Assembly (NCBI GenBank): GCA_046498225.1 | Contig: JAWOBF010000110.1 | Location: forward strand, 1-24,445 | Direction of reading: 5' to 3' | DNA from: Candidatus Aegiribacteria sp. | Lineage (GTDB): Bacteria; Fermentibacterota; Fermentibacteria; Fermentibacterales; JCC-6 | DNA length: 24,445 nt | Shown here: one piece after another, positions 8,366-17,835 of the stretch | Layout of the letters: each line of letters starts with the position of its first letter | How positions within the stretch are numbered: position 1 is the first letter of the stretch | The notes under the pieces: model-generated | Seen by the model: the letters and a program-made list of their open reading frames with translations, nothing else | Database searches by the model: none | Told to the model about the DNA's origin: nothing | Translations under genes and position numbers: made by a program

Positions 8366-11300
8366 TTGATTGCCGGCTTGATGAGCGTTCTTCTCTTCTG
8401 CGCCATGAGTGACGGGGAAATGGTGGAATTCCACACCGCCGGAAGCGAAGGCTGTTCCTTCACCGTTAACATCGGCCGGCCGGAATACCGCAGTTATGAC
8501 GATCGCTGGTATCCGGTGATCGGAGGGATGGCGAACTCCTTCATTCGGAATGAGTTCATGCTCCCGGTGCGTACGGTCCTCGTTCCGGTGCCTCCCGGGG
8601 TCGACCCGCAGTTGGACTACTCCGTCAGCGGACGCCGGGCCGTTTCACCGCCCGGACCGCTCATGGTCACCCCCGTTCCCCGGGGGACGGGTCTGGATAC
8701 TGAATGGACGGTCCCTCCGGTCTCACGCGGCGCCGTCCCGAAGGAGATGGTCAGCGTGCGGGTCTTCCGTCTTGCCGGCACCAGAGTGGCGGCTGTGACA
8801 GTTTCCCCTTTTGCCATCATGGAAACCGGTTCCATTCCCACCGGTGTCACGGTGAGGCTTTCGTGGCCCTCCCATGACGGCGGCAGGCCCGTTGATTCCC
8901 CGCTGCTGCGGGGCATCTGCCACTCGTCCCTGCCCTACTGGCCCATCGGCGGGGACACCGACGCGGTAAGCCCTTTCTGGGGCCGGCCCTGGGCGAAGAT
9001 GGGCGTATCCGAGTCCGGTGTCTACGTGGTTACCGGAGAGGAACTGGAGGAAGCCGGCGCGGGCGTATCGGGTACGCCCTCGGCCACACTGAGGGTATTA
9101 ACCGGTCCGGGAAGGCAGTTCGACCTGGAAGACCCCGCGGCGGAGCATCAGCTCGCCGAGCTTCCCGTTGAAGTAATTGACGGAGGGGACGGCATCTTCG
9201 ACGATTCCGATACCCTGAAGTTCGTTGGCGTGAGCCTGGAACGGTTCGAAAGCTCCGGGGACAGTCTGTTCAGGGTCTCACACCGATTTGCCGAATCCAA
9301 CGTCTACTGGCTCACCTGGGGGGGGGAGAACGGCCTGAGAGTGGATACCGTGACCGCCATGCCCGACGGTTCGCCCCAGTGGGGGGACAGTCTTCGGTCC
9401 CATGTCTGGCAGGAACATGACTATTTCTGGGTCGCCGGCCAGGAGAGCCGGACAGGCTGGGTCTGGAGCCAGCTTTTTCAGAGCATTCCCGGCTACTTCT
9501 ATTTTTCCACTCCCTCCGCCGACAGCATCGGGAAGGTCACCGTATCCCTGATACCGGAATGGAGGAACAGCGGTCCCCATTCGGTGGAACTTGAGTTCAA
9601 CGATCAGGTGGTGGCGGATACCACCTGGTCCGGCAGCTACGAGGTGGTCATGACCGTGGATGAACTGGACCTGGATCCATCCATGAACCTTCTCAAGGTC
9701 ACCGCCGTGGAGGAACCGGGCAAGCTCTACATCGATTACTTCATGGCCGCATATCCCAGAAGACTCTCCTACGCCGCCAATCGCATGCTTTGGTTCACGG
9801 ACGCGGTTCCCGGCAGGTACGGGTTCTCTCTGGGCGGGGCTCTCGACCGATTCTGCCTTCTGGACCTCACCGATCCCCGGACTCCGGTCCGGCTGGAGGG
9901 AGAACTCGAAGGTGCACTGCTGAACGCAAGTTTCGACGTTGACCCGTCAAGCCGGTTCTGGATGGAGAGCCGGGAGGGCTACAGGACCCCCGAGTTCATC
10001 GTCCCCGCGCAGCCGGGACGCATCATGGGCACCGGCATGGAGGGGGACGTGGCAGCTGTGGTGGCGGACGAGCTCATGGAAGCCGCCGGACCGCTGGAGG
10101 CCATCTACGCGGCAAGGGGCCTGTCCCTGGTCATGGTCGGCGCGGGGGAGGTATACGATGAGTTCGGCCAGGGTCTTCGAGACCCGGGAGCCATAAGGTC
10201 TTTCTTCCGCTACACCCAGGACGTCTGGAACCAGCCGGCCAGTGCCCTTCTTCTGGTGGGCGACGGTTCATTCGATCCCATGATGCACGTGACATCCACT
10301 CCCACTCAGATTCCCGTCTTCCTCCTGCTGAACGGAGAAAATGGAGACAATATGGATGACCTGTATGTCACGGCCCATGAGGACGGCCTGCTCCCGGAGG
10401 TCCCGGTCTCCAGGATAACCGCCTCCACCCCCGCCGAACTGTCCGCCTACCTGACGAAGGTCATGACCTACGACGGAAGGCGAAGTCCGGGACAGTGGGA
10501 GAACAGGATAGTGCTGGCGGCGGATGACGAGTGGGGCAATGCCCTCATCAACGAGTACGATCACACGGAGAACTGCGAAGAGCTGGCCGATTCCATCATT
10601 CCCGCCAGCCTGGACAGGGACAAGTTCTACATGATAGAGTATCCCTGGCCTCCCGGAACCACTCCGTCCGGCTCCCACCCGGAGAAGCCAATGGCCCGGG
10701 AGGGCTTCATAGAAACCCTCTCCCGGGGATGCTCCAGCATGATGTTCTTCGGACACGGTTCATACGGCCAGCTGGCACATGAGAAGCTCCTGGTGTCCAG
10801 TGACGTATATCTCATCGACAACGGTCCGAGGCAGCCGGTAATGATATTCGCCAGCTGTGACCTGGGACATTTCGACATGTCGTCCGCCAGGTGTTTGGCG
10901 GAGGATTTCCACCTGATTCCCGCAAGCGGTTCCATAGTATCCATCGGCGCCACCAGGTACAGTTTCTCCGGACCCAACAGCAACCTGTTCAACGCCTACT
11001 ATGAGGCTCAGTACGGGCCTCAGGGGTTCAGCGTCGGTGACGCCCTGTGGGCGGCCAAGGTCCAGGTGCCGGATTATTACTATAACAGCCGGTATTACGT
11101 CCTTCTTGGGGACGGAGGGATCCATCCGGTCCATCCTTCCAGTTCCGGATGCAGTTTCCAGGTTCAGGGAGAGACCCTTTTCAGGGGCAGGCTGAACTCC
11201 GTCAACGGTTCCTTCCAGAACAGTTCCTCCGGCTTCATCGATGTCACCGAGAGCGGTTCACCCGTGACGTACAGCGGGCTTGGAACCGGTTCTGTAACGT

Positions 11301-12139
11301 ACCTGCGCTACGGGTCCAGCGTTTATCGGGGGCTGGTGTCGGGAGAGGGGACGGATTTCGACGTCTCCTTCTTCCTTCCCCTGCAGGCGGATACAGGATC
11401 GTACGCGAGGGGGTCCTCCGTGGGTATCTCCGGCGAAGGCTCGGAGAGCGCCTGGCGGGAATGGACCGATGTTTCCGACGACGGTTCATACGACGCCGAT
11501 TCGCTTCCTCCCCGGATCGAGATGTGGCTGGAGGGCCACCGGGGAGAGAGCGCTCCCGATGTCAGCGGAGAGACTGTGCTTCACGCTCTTTTAACGGATT
11601 CCAGCGGCATCTGCACTATGGGCGGAGGCGCCGGAAGGTCCATTCTGCTCAGTCTGGACGAACAGGGATTCGATATCAGCGACTTCTTCACCTACCGTCC
11701 GGACAGCTACTCCTCCGGAGAGGTCGAGTATCCTCTCCCTGAACTGATAGAGGGCGAGCACATGCTGGTGATGGTCGCATGGGACGGCATGGGCAACGCC
11801 GGAAGGGACACGCTGGAGTTCAATGTCGTTCAGGCCCCGGACCAGCTTCTCTCCGATGTTTTCGTCTATCCAAATCCCGGCTCGGGGCAGAGATGCTTCA
11901 GTTTCCGCGCCTCCACCTCCGGAAGCGCAACCATCCGGATCTACACGGTAGCCGGGAGATGCATCTGGAGCAGGGCCGTCAGCTGCGGTCCCGGGTACAA
12001 TCAGGTGCTCTGGAACGGGCTGGATATGGATAATGACCCACCCGCTTCCGGCGCCTACGTCTACAGGCTGGAGTTCACCGACGGCGGGGGCGCCACCGAG
12101 ACTGTTACGGATATACTGGCTGTGACGGGAGGAACGTGA
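8366..12139 (+). CDS. C25 (gingipain-family) cysteine peptidase, PorU/T9SS-sortase-like, with FlgD/T9SS-type C-terminal domain (paralog 1)
   Basis: GVYVVTG, DGIFD, NVYWLTWG, EVYDEF, LLLVGDGSFD, AADD, catalytic His in FGHG (10751-10759), Cys in ASCD (10850-10861), LLGD, a PorU-like DSSGI...EGEH...AWD domain and CTD YPNP...IYTVAGR...WNG...SGAYVY. Start set at TTG 8366 after AAAGGA. Confidence 0.87.
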   Translation: MIAGLMSVLLFCAMSDGEMVEFHTAGSEGCSFTVNIGRPEYRSYDDRWYPVIGGMANSFIRNEFMLPVRTVLVPVPPGVDPQLDYSVSGRRAVSPPGPLMVTPVPRGTGLDTEWTVPPVSRGAVPKEMVSVRVFRLAGTRVAAVTVSPFAIMETGSIPTGVTVRLSWPSHDGGRPVDSPLLRGICHSSLPYWPIGGDTDAVSPFWGRPWAKMGVSESGVYVVTGEELEEAGAGVSGTPSATLRVLTGPGRQFDLEDPAAEHQLAELPVEVIDGGDGIFDDSDTLKFVGVSLERFESSGDSLFRVSHRFAESNVYWLTWGGENGLRVDTVTAMPDGSPQWGDSLRSHVWQEHDYFWVAGQESRTGWVWSQLFQSIPGYFYFSTPSADSIGKVTVSLIPEWRNSGPHSVELEFNDQVVADTTWSGSYEVVMTVDELDLDPSMNLLKVTAVEEPGKLYIDYFMAAYPRRLSYAANRMLWFTDAVPGRYGFSLGGALDRFCLLDLTDPRTPVRLEGELEGALLNASFDVDPSSRFWMESREGYRTPEFIVPAQPGRIMGTGMEGDVAAVVADELMEAAGPLEAIYAARGLSLVMVGAGEVYDEFGQGLRDPGAIRSFFRYTQDVWNQPASALLLVGDGSFDPMMHVTSTPTQIPVFLLLNGENGDNMDDLYVTAHEDGLLPEVPVSRITASTPAELSAYLTKVMTYDGRRSPGQWENRIVLAADDEWGNALINEYDHTENCEELADSIIPASLDRDKFYMIEYPWPPGTTPSGSHPEKPMAREGFIETLSRGCSSMMFFGHGSYGQLAHEKLLVSSDVYLIDNGPRQPVMIFASCDLGHFDMSSARCLAEDFHLIPASGSIVSIGATRYSFSGPNSNLFNAYYEAQYGPQGFSVGDALWAAKVQVPDYYYNSRYYVLLGDGGIHPVHPSSSGCSFQVQGETLFRGRLNSVNGSFQNSSSGFIDVTESGSPVTYSGLGTGSVTYLRYGSSVYRGLVSGEGTDFDVSFFLPLQADTGSYARGSSVGISGEGSESAWREWTDVSDDGSYDADSLPPRIEMWLEGHRGESAPDVSGETVLHALLTDSSGICTMGGGAGRSILLSLDEQGFDISDFFTYRPDSYSSGEVEYPLPELIEGEHMLVMVAWDGMGNAGRDTLEFNVVQAPDQLLSDVFVYPNPGSGQRCFSFRASTSGSATIRIYTVAGRCIWSRAVSCGPGYNQVLWNGLDMDNDPPASGAYVYRLEFTDGGGATETVTDILAVTGGT
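9298..9321 (+). repeat. 24-nt exact direct repeat shared by the two C25 paralogs (second copy 13817-13840)
   Basis: CAACGTCTACTGGCTCACCTGGGG occurs at both positions and encodes NVYWLTWG. Confidence 0.85.
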
Positions 12140-12897
12140 GGGAAGGGAAGACCGCCGGTGCGCGAAGGGCCGCGGAACTCCTTCGAAGATCCCGGCTGAC
12201 GGTGGTGTCCACCGGCGCCGGCATGTCCAGGGAGAGCGGAGTAAGGACGTTCAGGGGGGAAGAGGGCTACTGGCGGCAGTACAGGGCCGAAGACCTGGCC
12301 TCCATCCGGGGGATCAGGAACGACCCCCGCCTCGTATGGGAATGGTACAGGGATAGGCTCAGGGCAACCGAGGAGCTGGAACCGCATAGCGGTTATCAGG
12401 CCCTGGTGGACATACAGGAGGCACTTGGAAGACTGCCCCTCATAACTCAGAACGTGGACGGACTCCATCAGAAGGCGGGAATACGGGACGTGATAGAACT
12501 TCATGGAAATCTCAGGACCGCGTCATGTCTGGAAGGATGCGGCGCGCCCTCGGTACCGATGAACAGCGAACTCTTCCGGGAGATGCCTCCCAGGTGCGGC
12601 GAATGCGGCGGCATACTCAGACCGGACGTGGTGCTCTTCGGTGAGAACCTCCCCGAACAGCCTCTGAAAAGGGCTTTCAGACTGGCAGACAGCTGCGACC
12701 TTATGGTGGTGGTGGGAACTTCGATGGTAGTCTATCCCGCGGCCGCTCTTCCCATGATAGCCCTTCGCGGCGGGGCGGATATTATAGAGATTAATACAGA
12801 GGAGACCTCCCTTTCCCCGCTGGAAGGGACACTGAGCCTGCGCGGTGAGGCGGGCAAACTCCTTCCGGAGATAGCGGAGACGGTGGTGGCCCGATGA
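12136..12897 (+). CDS. cobB: NAD-dependent protein deacylase (class III sirtuin)
   Basis: TGAGMSRESG, TFRG, WEWYRDR, TQNVDGLH, ELHGN, zinc site CLEGC/CGEC, RPDVVLFGE and GTSMVVYPAA. Confidence 0.93.
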   Translation: MREGKTAGARRAAELLRRSRLTVVSTGAGMSRESGVRTFRGEEGYWRQYRAEDLASIRGIRNDPRLVWEWYRDRLRATEELEPHSGYQALVDIQEALGRLPLITQNVDGLHQKAGIRDVIELHGNLRTASCLEGCGAPSVPMNSELFREMPPRCGECGGILRPDVVLFGENLPEQPLKRAFRLADSCDLMVVVGTSMVVYPAAALPMIALRGGADIIEINTEETSLSPLEGTLSLRGEAGKLLPEIAETVVAR

Positions 12898-15800
12898 CGG
12901 TACTGATGATACTCAGCGTTCTTATCTCCCAGCCTGTGGAAACTGTGTCCTCCGATCCCGAATCGGGATTCGCAGCGGTGCTCACCTTCGATGGACCGCA
13001 CCGGGCCACTATCGGCAGCGGGGTCTACCCCTTCTTTCCTGGAGTGCCCACGAGGTTCGTCCCGGGCGAGCCTCCGCGTCCCGCCATTACTCTTCTCATC
13101 CCTGTTCCACCGGGTTCAGAACCGCGGCTGGAATACTCCGCCACTGGGATCAGACCCACCGGGGCCGCCTCCCCCTCCGTCAGGACCCCTGCGCTGACAG
13201 GCAGGGGACTGGACACCCGGGAAGTGGGAGCCGAACCGAAAGCGCCTCCGGACCGTCATGCTGTCCTGGAAGGCGTGATACCGATGGCGGGCACCTCCGT
13301 GGCGATGGTGACCGTCTATCCCGTGGTGGACGGAACAGCCGCCGAATACGCTTCCAGAGTACGGGTGAACCTCGCCTGGGAGTCCGCCCGCGGAGGCATG
13401 CCGGTGGAAGAGCATCCTCTCCTGGCACTGGTTGCTCCCCGTGGAAGCCTCTACTGGAGGGAGGACACCGACCAGTCTTACGAAAGTGTTTTCTGGGGAC
13501 TTCCGTGGGCCAGGATATCGATCGGGTCCACTGGAGGGTACGAGCTGACCGGGGACCAGCTGGAGAACGCCGGCTGTCAGGTTACCGGGTCACCCTGCGC
13601 TACCCTAAGGATGTTCACCGGACCCGGCAGGATGTTCTCCGATAGCCCGGAGGATATCCATCAGCTGACCGAAGTGGCCATTTCCGTCATTGACCGGAAC
13701 AATGACGGCATATTCGACGGGGAGGACGCGGTCCGTTTCTTCGGGCGGGGTCTGTCCAGGTGGGAGACGGACGGCGGAGGAACGATTCACAGGATTCAGC
13801 ACCGTTACGCGACCCACAACGTCTACTGGCTCACCTGGGGCGGAGAGAACGGCGTGAGGATGTCCGGTGTGGCCGGAGGACCCGATGCCTCGCCGGACTG
13901 GGGTCCCACCGTCCGGTCGGATATCTGGCTGCGCGAGGAGCACATCTGGCTGCCCCGCTACGAGACCGGGACCGGCTGGGTGTGGCAGACCTTCTCCCAG
14001 GGGGAGCGCATCACGGTTCCCTTCGAGGTGGGTAGCCAGGGCAACTGCACGGTAAGGGTTTCGCTCACCACCTCCAGCTCCCAGATGCACACCGTGAAAC
14101 TCTACATTGACGGGGATGAGGTGCTGACGGATACCTGGTACGGTTCGGGGGGAAGGACACTGGAGGCGGCCGGACTGTCCCTGTCAGGCCCTACCGTCCT
14201 GGAGATAGAGCTTGCCGAGGAGTCGGGCGACAGTGAGATGGCCCTGTCCTCGGTACACGTGGAGTACCCCGGAAGCCCCGGAGAGTTCACGGGTACCCCG
14301 CTGTTCCCGTTCAGGGAGAAGGCCGGAAGGTACGTTTTCAGCGTTCCCTCTGTTTCCTCCTCCTGCCGGGCCTACGACCTCACAGACCATTACAGGCCGC
14401 TCATGGTGACCGGAGGGGAGCACGCCGCCGGGACCTATGAGTTCTCCTTCCAGGTGGATACCTCCACGGTTCTGGCGCTGATGGAGGACCAGGACTGGAA
14501 GACGCCCGATTCACTGTCCTTCCGCAGTCCCGGCCGGCTGGTGGGAACCGTTAACCAGGGCGACAGGCTGCTGGTGGTACCCTCTTCCCTCCACGAAGGT
14601 GTATGGGGCATGGAGACTCTTCTGTCCCTGGACGGGTTCATCCCGGTGGTTGCCACGACCGGGGAGATATATGACGAATTCGGACAGGGAGTCATGGACC
14701 CCGGGGCCATCAGGTCCGCCGTAAGATGGGCCATGGACACCTGGTCCCCCGGTCTATCGGGCCTGATCCTGGTAGGCGACGGCCATTACGACCCGCTCGG
14801 CTTCAGTACAACCCAGCCGGTGATGATACCACCATGGATAAAACTGGGCACCAGCCGAATAGATTCCGTGGACGACCTGTACGTAATGGTCCATGAGGGG
14901 GCTGTGCTCCCGGAGATACCCGTGTCCAGAATTCCCGTGGACAACCCGTCCCAGCTGGGAACATGCACCGCCAAGCTGACAGGGTACGCCCAGGGGGTCG
15001 ACCGGGGTGAATGGGCAAACAGGGCGCTGATAATCGCTGATGATGAATGGGGCAAGTCCGGCAGCAATAACGAGACCGAGCACACGGTGAACTCCGAGCT
15101 GGTGGCGGAGGAAGCCATCCCCCGATGGATGTCCAGGGATAAGTTCTACCTGATCGAGTATCCATGGCCCCCGGGGTCCTGGCCCCCCGACGGACCTCAT
15201 CCGCAGAAGCCGGAAGCCCGCGAGGATTTCCTGGAGACACTGGGCAGGGGCTCCGCCCTCATGCTCTACCAGGGTCACGGTTCGCGGAACCAGATAGCGC
15301 ACGAGGTGCTGATGCTGGACCAGGACGTCAGCGGCCTGAACAACGGCGGAAGACTGCCGGTCTCATTATGGGGAACCTGTGACGTGGGGTGGTTCGATAA
15401 CCCCGGAGCCGACGCCATAGGCGAAACTGTGGTCCTGCATCCAGCCGGAGGGAGCATCTCCAGCGTCGCCGCCACAAGGGGAACCTACGGCTCCTCCAAC
15501 TACCAGTTCTTCAGAAGTATCGTCGACTCCCTCTGCACGCACTCCGGACTCTCCGTGGGGGACGCTGTCTGGCAGTCGAAACTTGCCTTCTCGGGGTCGT
15601 ACCCCAGCAATAACAGGTTCTACGTGATGTTCGGATACCCGGACATGCCCCTTCCCCTTCCGGGCGGCGGGGGAACGGTCACCATCCAGGGCGACACACT
15701 GCGAAGCGGCGAGCTCAATACGGTCTCCGGCCAGGGGTTCCAGGACGGGGGCCTGGCCTTCATAGAGGTGCTGGAATCTTCATGGAATACGGTCTACAAC

Positions 15801-16673
15801 TGTCTCGGGGGTGCCCAGATAAGTTATCTCAGGCAGGGAGGCGCCGCCTACAGCGGAACGCAGACCGTGGAGGGCGGAGAATTCACCATCGACTGCTTCA
15901 TCCCTCTCCAGTCCACCCCGGGGGAGCTGGCCAGGGCAGGGGCCTGCGCTCTGTCGGGAGAGCTGACCGTCTCAGGCGCTCGGGACCCCGCGGTACTGAT
16001 CGAGGGAGAACCCTCCGGAGACGATACGCAGGGCCCGGAGGTTGACATGTGGATAAGGGGCTACGAGGGAGTGGACTACCCCCAGCTCACGGGTGACATC
16101 ACACTGGAAGCGGAGATAACGGATTCCAGCGGAATCTGCATCCTGGGGGGAGCGGGCAAGGAGCTGAGCCTGTTCGTGGACGGAAGCGGGAACGACGTAA
16201 GCTCATTCTTCTCCTACTACAGGGGAAGCGCCGTCTCCGGCAGGCTCGTGTATGACATTCAGTCCCTCACCGAGGGTGAGCACACCCTCATACTGTGGAG
16301 CTTCGATGGAATGGGCAACAGCTCCAGGGATACCCTGGAACTGCGGATACTTCAGGACAGGGACCTTTCCATAACCCAGTCCCTGGTCTATCCCAATCCC
16401 GGGAGCGGTACCCGGTGCTTCAGTTTCAGGGTTTCGGAGGATGCCCAGGTCACGGTCTCCATCTATACCGTGGCGGGAACCAGGATAAATGAGATCTCGG
16501 CCATGTGTGACCAGGGCTACAACCAGATAATATGGAACGGGCTGGATCATGACGGCGACCCGCTTGCTGGCGGCCCTTACATTTACAAGATTAGGGCGGA
16601 TGCCCTGGGCAGCTCCGTGTTCAGCAGGACAGCCGAGGAGCATGGCATAGTGGCTGTAATCAGGGAGGAATAG
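12894..16673 (+). CDS. C25 cysteine peptidase, PorU-like, with FlgD/T9SS-type C-terminal domain (paralog 2)
   Basis: Colinear with paralog 1: NVYWLTWGGENG, EIYDEFGQG, LVGDGHYD, IADDEWG, QGHG (His 15276-15278), GTCD (Cys 15378-15380), DSSGIC and YPNPGSG...WNGLD; N-terminal signal peptide. Confidence 0.88.
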   Translation: MTVLMILSVLISQPVETVSSDPESGFAAVLTFDGPHRATIGSGVYPFFPGVPTRFVPGEPPRPAITLLIPVPPGSEPRLEYSATGIRPTGAASPSVRTPALTGRGLDTREVGAEPKAPPDRHAVLEGVIPMAGTSVAMVTVYPVVDGTAAEYASRVRVNLAWESARGGMPVEEHPLLALVAPRGSLYWREDTDQSYESVFWGLPWARISIGSTGGYELTGDQLENAGCQVTGSPCATLRMFTGPGRMFSDSPEDIHQLTEVAISVIDRNNDGIFDGEDAVRFFGRGLSRWETDGGGTIHRIQHRYATHNVYWLTWGGENGVRMSGVAGGPDASPDWGPTVRSDIWLREEHIWLPRYETGTGWVWQTFSQGERITVPFEVGSQGNCTVRVSLTTSSSQMHTVKLYIDGDEVLTDTWYGSGGRTLEAAGLSLSGPTVLEIELAEESGDSEMALSSVHVEYPGSPGEFTGTPLFPFREKAGRYVFSVPSVSSSCRAYDLTDHYRPLMVTGGEHAAGTYEFSFQVDTSTVLALMEDQDWKTPDSLSFRSPGRLVGTVNQGDRLLVVPSSLHEGVWGMETLLSLDGFIPVVATTGEIYDEFGQGVMDPGAIRSAVRWAMDTWSPGLSGLILVGDGHYDPLGFSTTQPVMIPPWIKLGTSRIDSVDDLYVMVHEGAVLPEIPVSRIPVDNPSQLGTCTAKLTGYAQGVDRGEWANRALIIADDEWGKSGSNNETEHTVNSELVAEEAIPRWMSRDKFYLIEYPWPPGSWPPDGPHPQKPEAREDFLETLGRGSALMLYQGHGSRNQIAHEVLMLDQDVSGLNNGGRLPVSLWGTCDVGWFDNPGADAIGETVVLHPAGGSISSVAATRGTYGSSNYQFFRSIVDSLCTHSGLSVGDAVWQSKLAFSGSYPSNNRFYVMFGYPDMPLPLPGGGGTVTIQGDTLRSGELNTVSGQGFQDGGLAFIEVLESSWNTVYNCLGGAQISYLRQGGAAYSGTQTVEGGEFTIDCFIPLQSTPGELARAGACALSGELTVSGARDPAVLIEGEPSGDDTQGPEVDMWIRGYEGVDYPQLTGDITLEAEITDSSGICILGGAGKELSLFVDGSGNDVSSFFSYYRGSAVSGRLVYDIQSLTEGEHTLILWSFDGMGNSSRDTLELRILQDRDLSITQSLVYPNPGSGTRCFSFRVSEDAQVTVSIYTVAGTRINEISAMCDQGYNQIIWNGLDHDGDPLAGGPYIYKIRADALGSSVFSRTAEEHGIVAVIREE

Positions 16674-16674
16674 A

Positions 16675-17835
16675 TTGCCAGGAACATCCGGCGGCAAGAT
16701 CGACTGGCTCTGGAAACAGGTGGAGAAGGCGCGGAAGGAACAGAACGCCGAAGCCGTCAGAGAAAGCCTGGACAGGCTTCTGGCGGATCCCCGGATAAGG
16801 AATACCTCCGACGAGGACCTGGCGCTGATAAACCTCAGCCAGCTGGACCTGGAGCAGGGCAGGAGCCGGGAGGCGGCCCTGAGACTGGCCGACTTCAAAT
16901 GGCACGGGGTACCGGGCCCCGCCGGTCTGCTTCTTCTGGCCGACGTGTACCTCAAGCTGGAATGGTTCGCCCAGGCAAGGGAATCACTGGAGGAGTACCT
17001 GCAGCTGCTGCCGGAGGACCTGGACGCGAGGAGGAAGCTTGGCCTGGTCCACCTCATGCTGAACAATGACGAAGAGGCCCAGAGAATGCTTCTGGCCACT
17101 GCCAGGCGCGAGAAGTACCGGATCCCGGCCACCCTCACCTACCTCGCCATGCTGGAGGCCAAGTCCGGCAGAATAGAGGAGAGCCTGCACCTTCTCCTTC
17201 AGGCGAAGGAGCTGGCCCCTTTCGATGAGAAGATAGAGCATACCCTTCTTCGGATAGAGTCTCTCAGGGTCAGCCTTAAAAGGAAGGCCCTGCACCATGA
17301 GGACCTTCCCCTGGAGGATCTGGTGGCGGGAATGACCGGCGGCATGCTGGAGCTTCACGGTTATTCCAGGGAAAAGTCAAAACAGGCGCTGGAGGTATGG
17401 AACCGCTTCTGCAGCAGCCAGAAGCCGGAGGGAAGAAAGCCCGCCATCTGGGCGGCGGCCCTGGAGTACGCTGTAACAAGGAGCGGGCCTCATTTCACGC
17501 AGAAGCAGCTCGCCGACGAGTACGGCGTATCCACCTCCCAGCTTGGGGAGCATTATCATTCCATAGCCCGGTCGGTGGAACTGGACTCCATAGTGGAGGA
17601 CGACCTTCTGGGAGAGACCGAGAAGGCGGGCCACGGCCTGCAGCACCTGGTCCGCAGGGAGGAGATGGCCGAGGTGATAGCCGCCGCCGCCGGGAAGCTG
17701 GATGAATTCCATGGACTGGGTGAGATGTGCTCATGGGTATTCCAGAGGATCGATCCCCTCAACGAGGCGGAACGCCGTGAGATAGAGGATTTCGTCGGCT
17801 ACCTCTGGAAGAGAAGGGCTGGTGCGGGAACCTAG
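16675..17835 (+). CDS. TPR-repeat protein with a C-terminal helical/HTH-like domain
   Basis: TPR-like helices (LADVYLKL, PEDLDARRKLG, LAMLEAKSGR, APFD) followed by WAAALEY...TQKQLADEYGVSTSQL; TTG start after GGAGG; no signal peptide. Confidence 0.75.
   Translation: MPGTSGGKIDWLWKQVEKARKEQNAEAVRESLDRLLADPRIRNTSDEDLALINLSQLDLEQGRSREAALRLADFKWHGVPGPAGLLLLADVYLKLEWFAQARESLEEYLQLLPEDLDARRKLGLVHLMLNNDEEAQRMLLATARREKYRIPATLTYLAMLEAKSGRIEESLHLLLQAKELAPFDEKIEHTLLRIESLRVSLKRKALHHEDLPLEDLVAGMTGGMLELHGYSREKSKQALEVWNRFCSSQKPEGRKPAIWAAALEYAVTRSGPHFTQKQLADEYGVSTSQLGEHYHSIARSVELDSIVEDDLLGETEKAGHGLQHLVRREEMAEVIAAAAGKLDEFHGLGEMCSWVFQRIDPLNEAERREIEDFVGYLWKRRAGAGT

Noticed and set aside
8087..8472. Small ORFs in the permease/C25 intergenic region and the listed 8297 start
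   Set aside because: No recognisable motifs; the region is better explained by a promoter, a structured RNA and a TTG start at 8366.
12136..12897. Sir2-based anti-phage defence system
   Set aside because: It is a canonical zinc-binding CobB deacylase and no defence partner genes are nearby.
16203..17138. 311-aa minus-strand ORF
   Set aside because: Ser/Arg-rich antisense shadow spanning two real genes.
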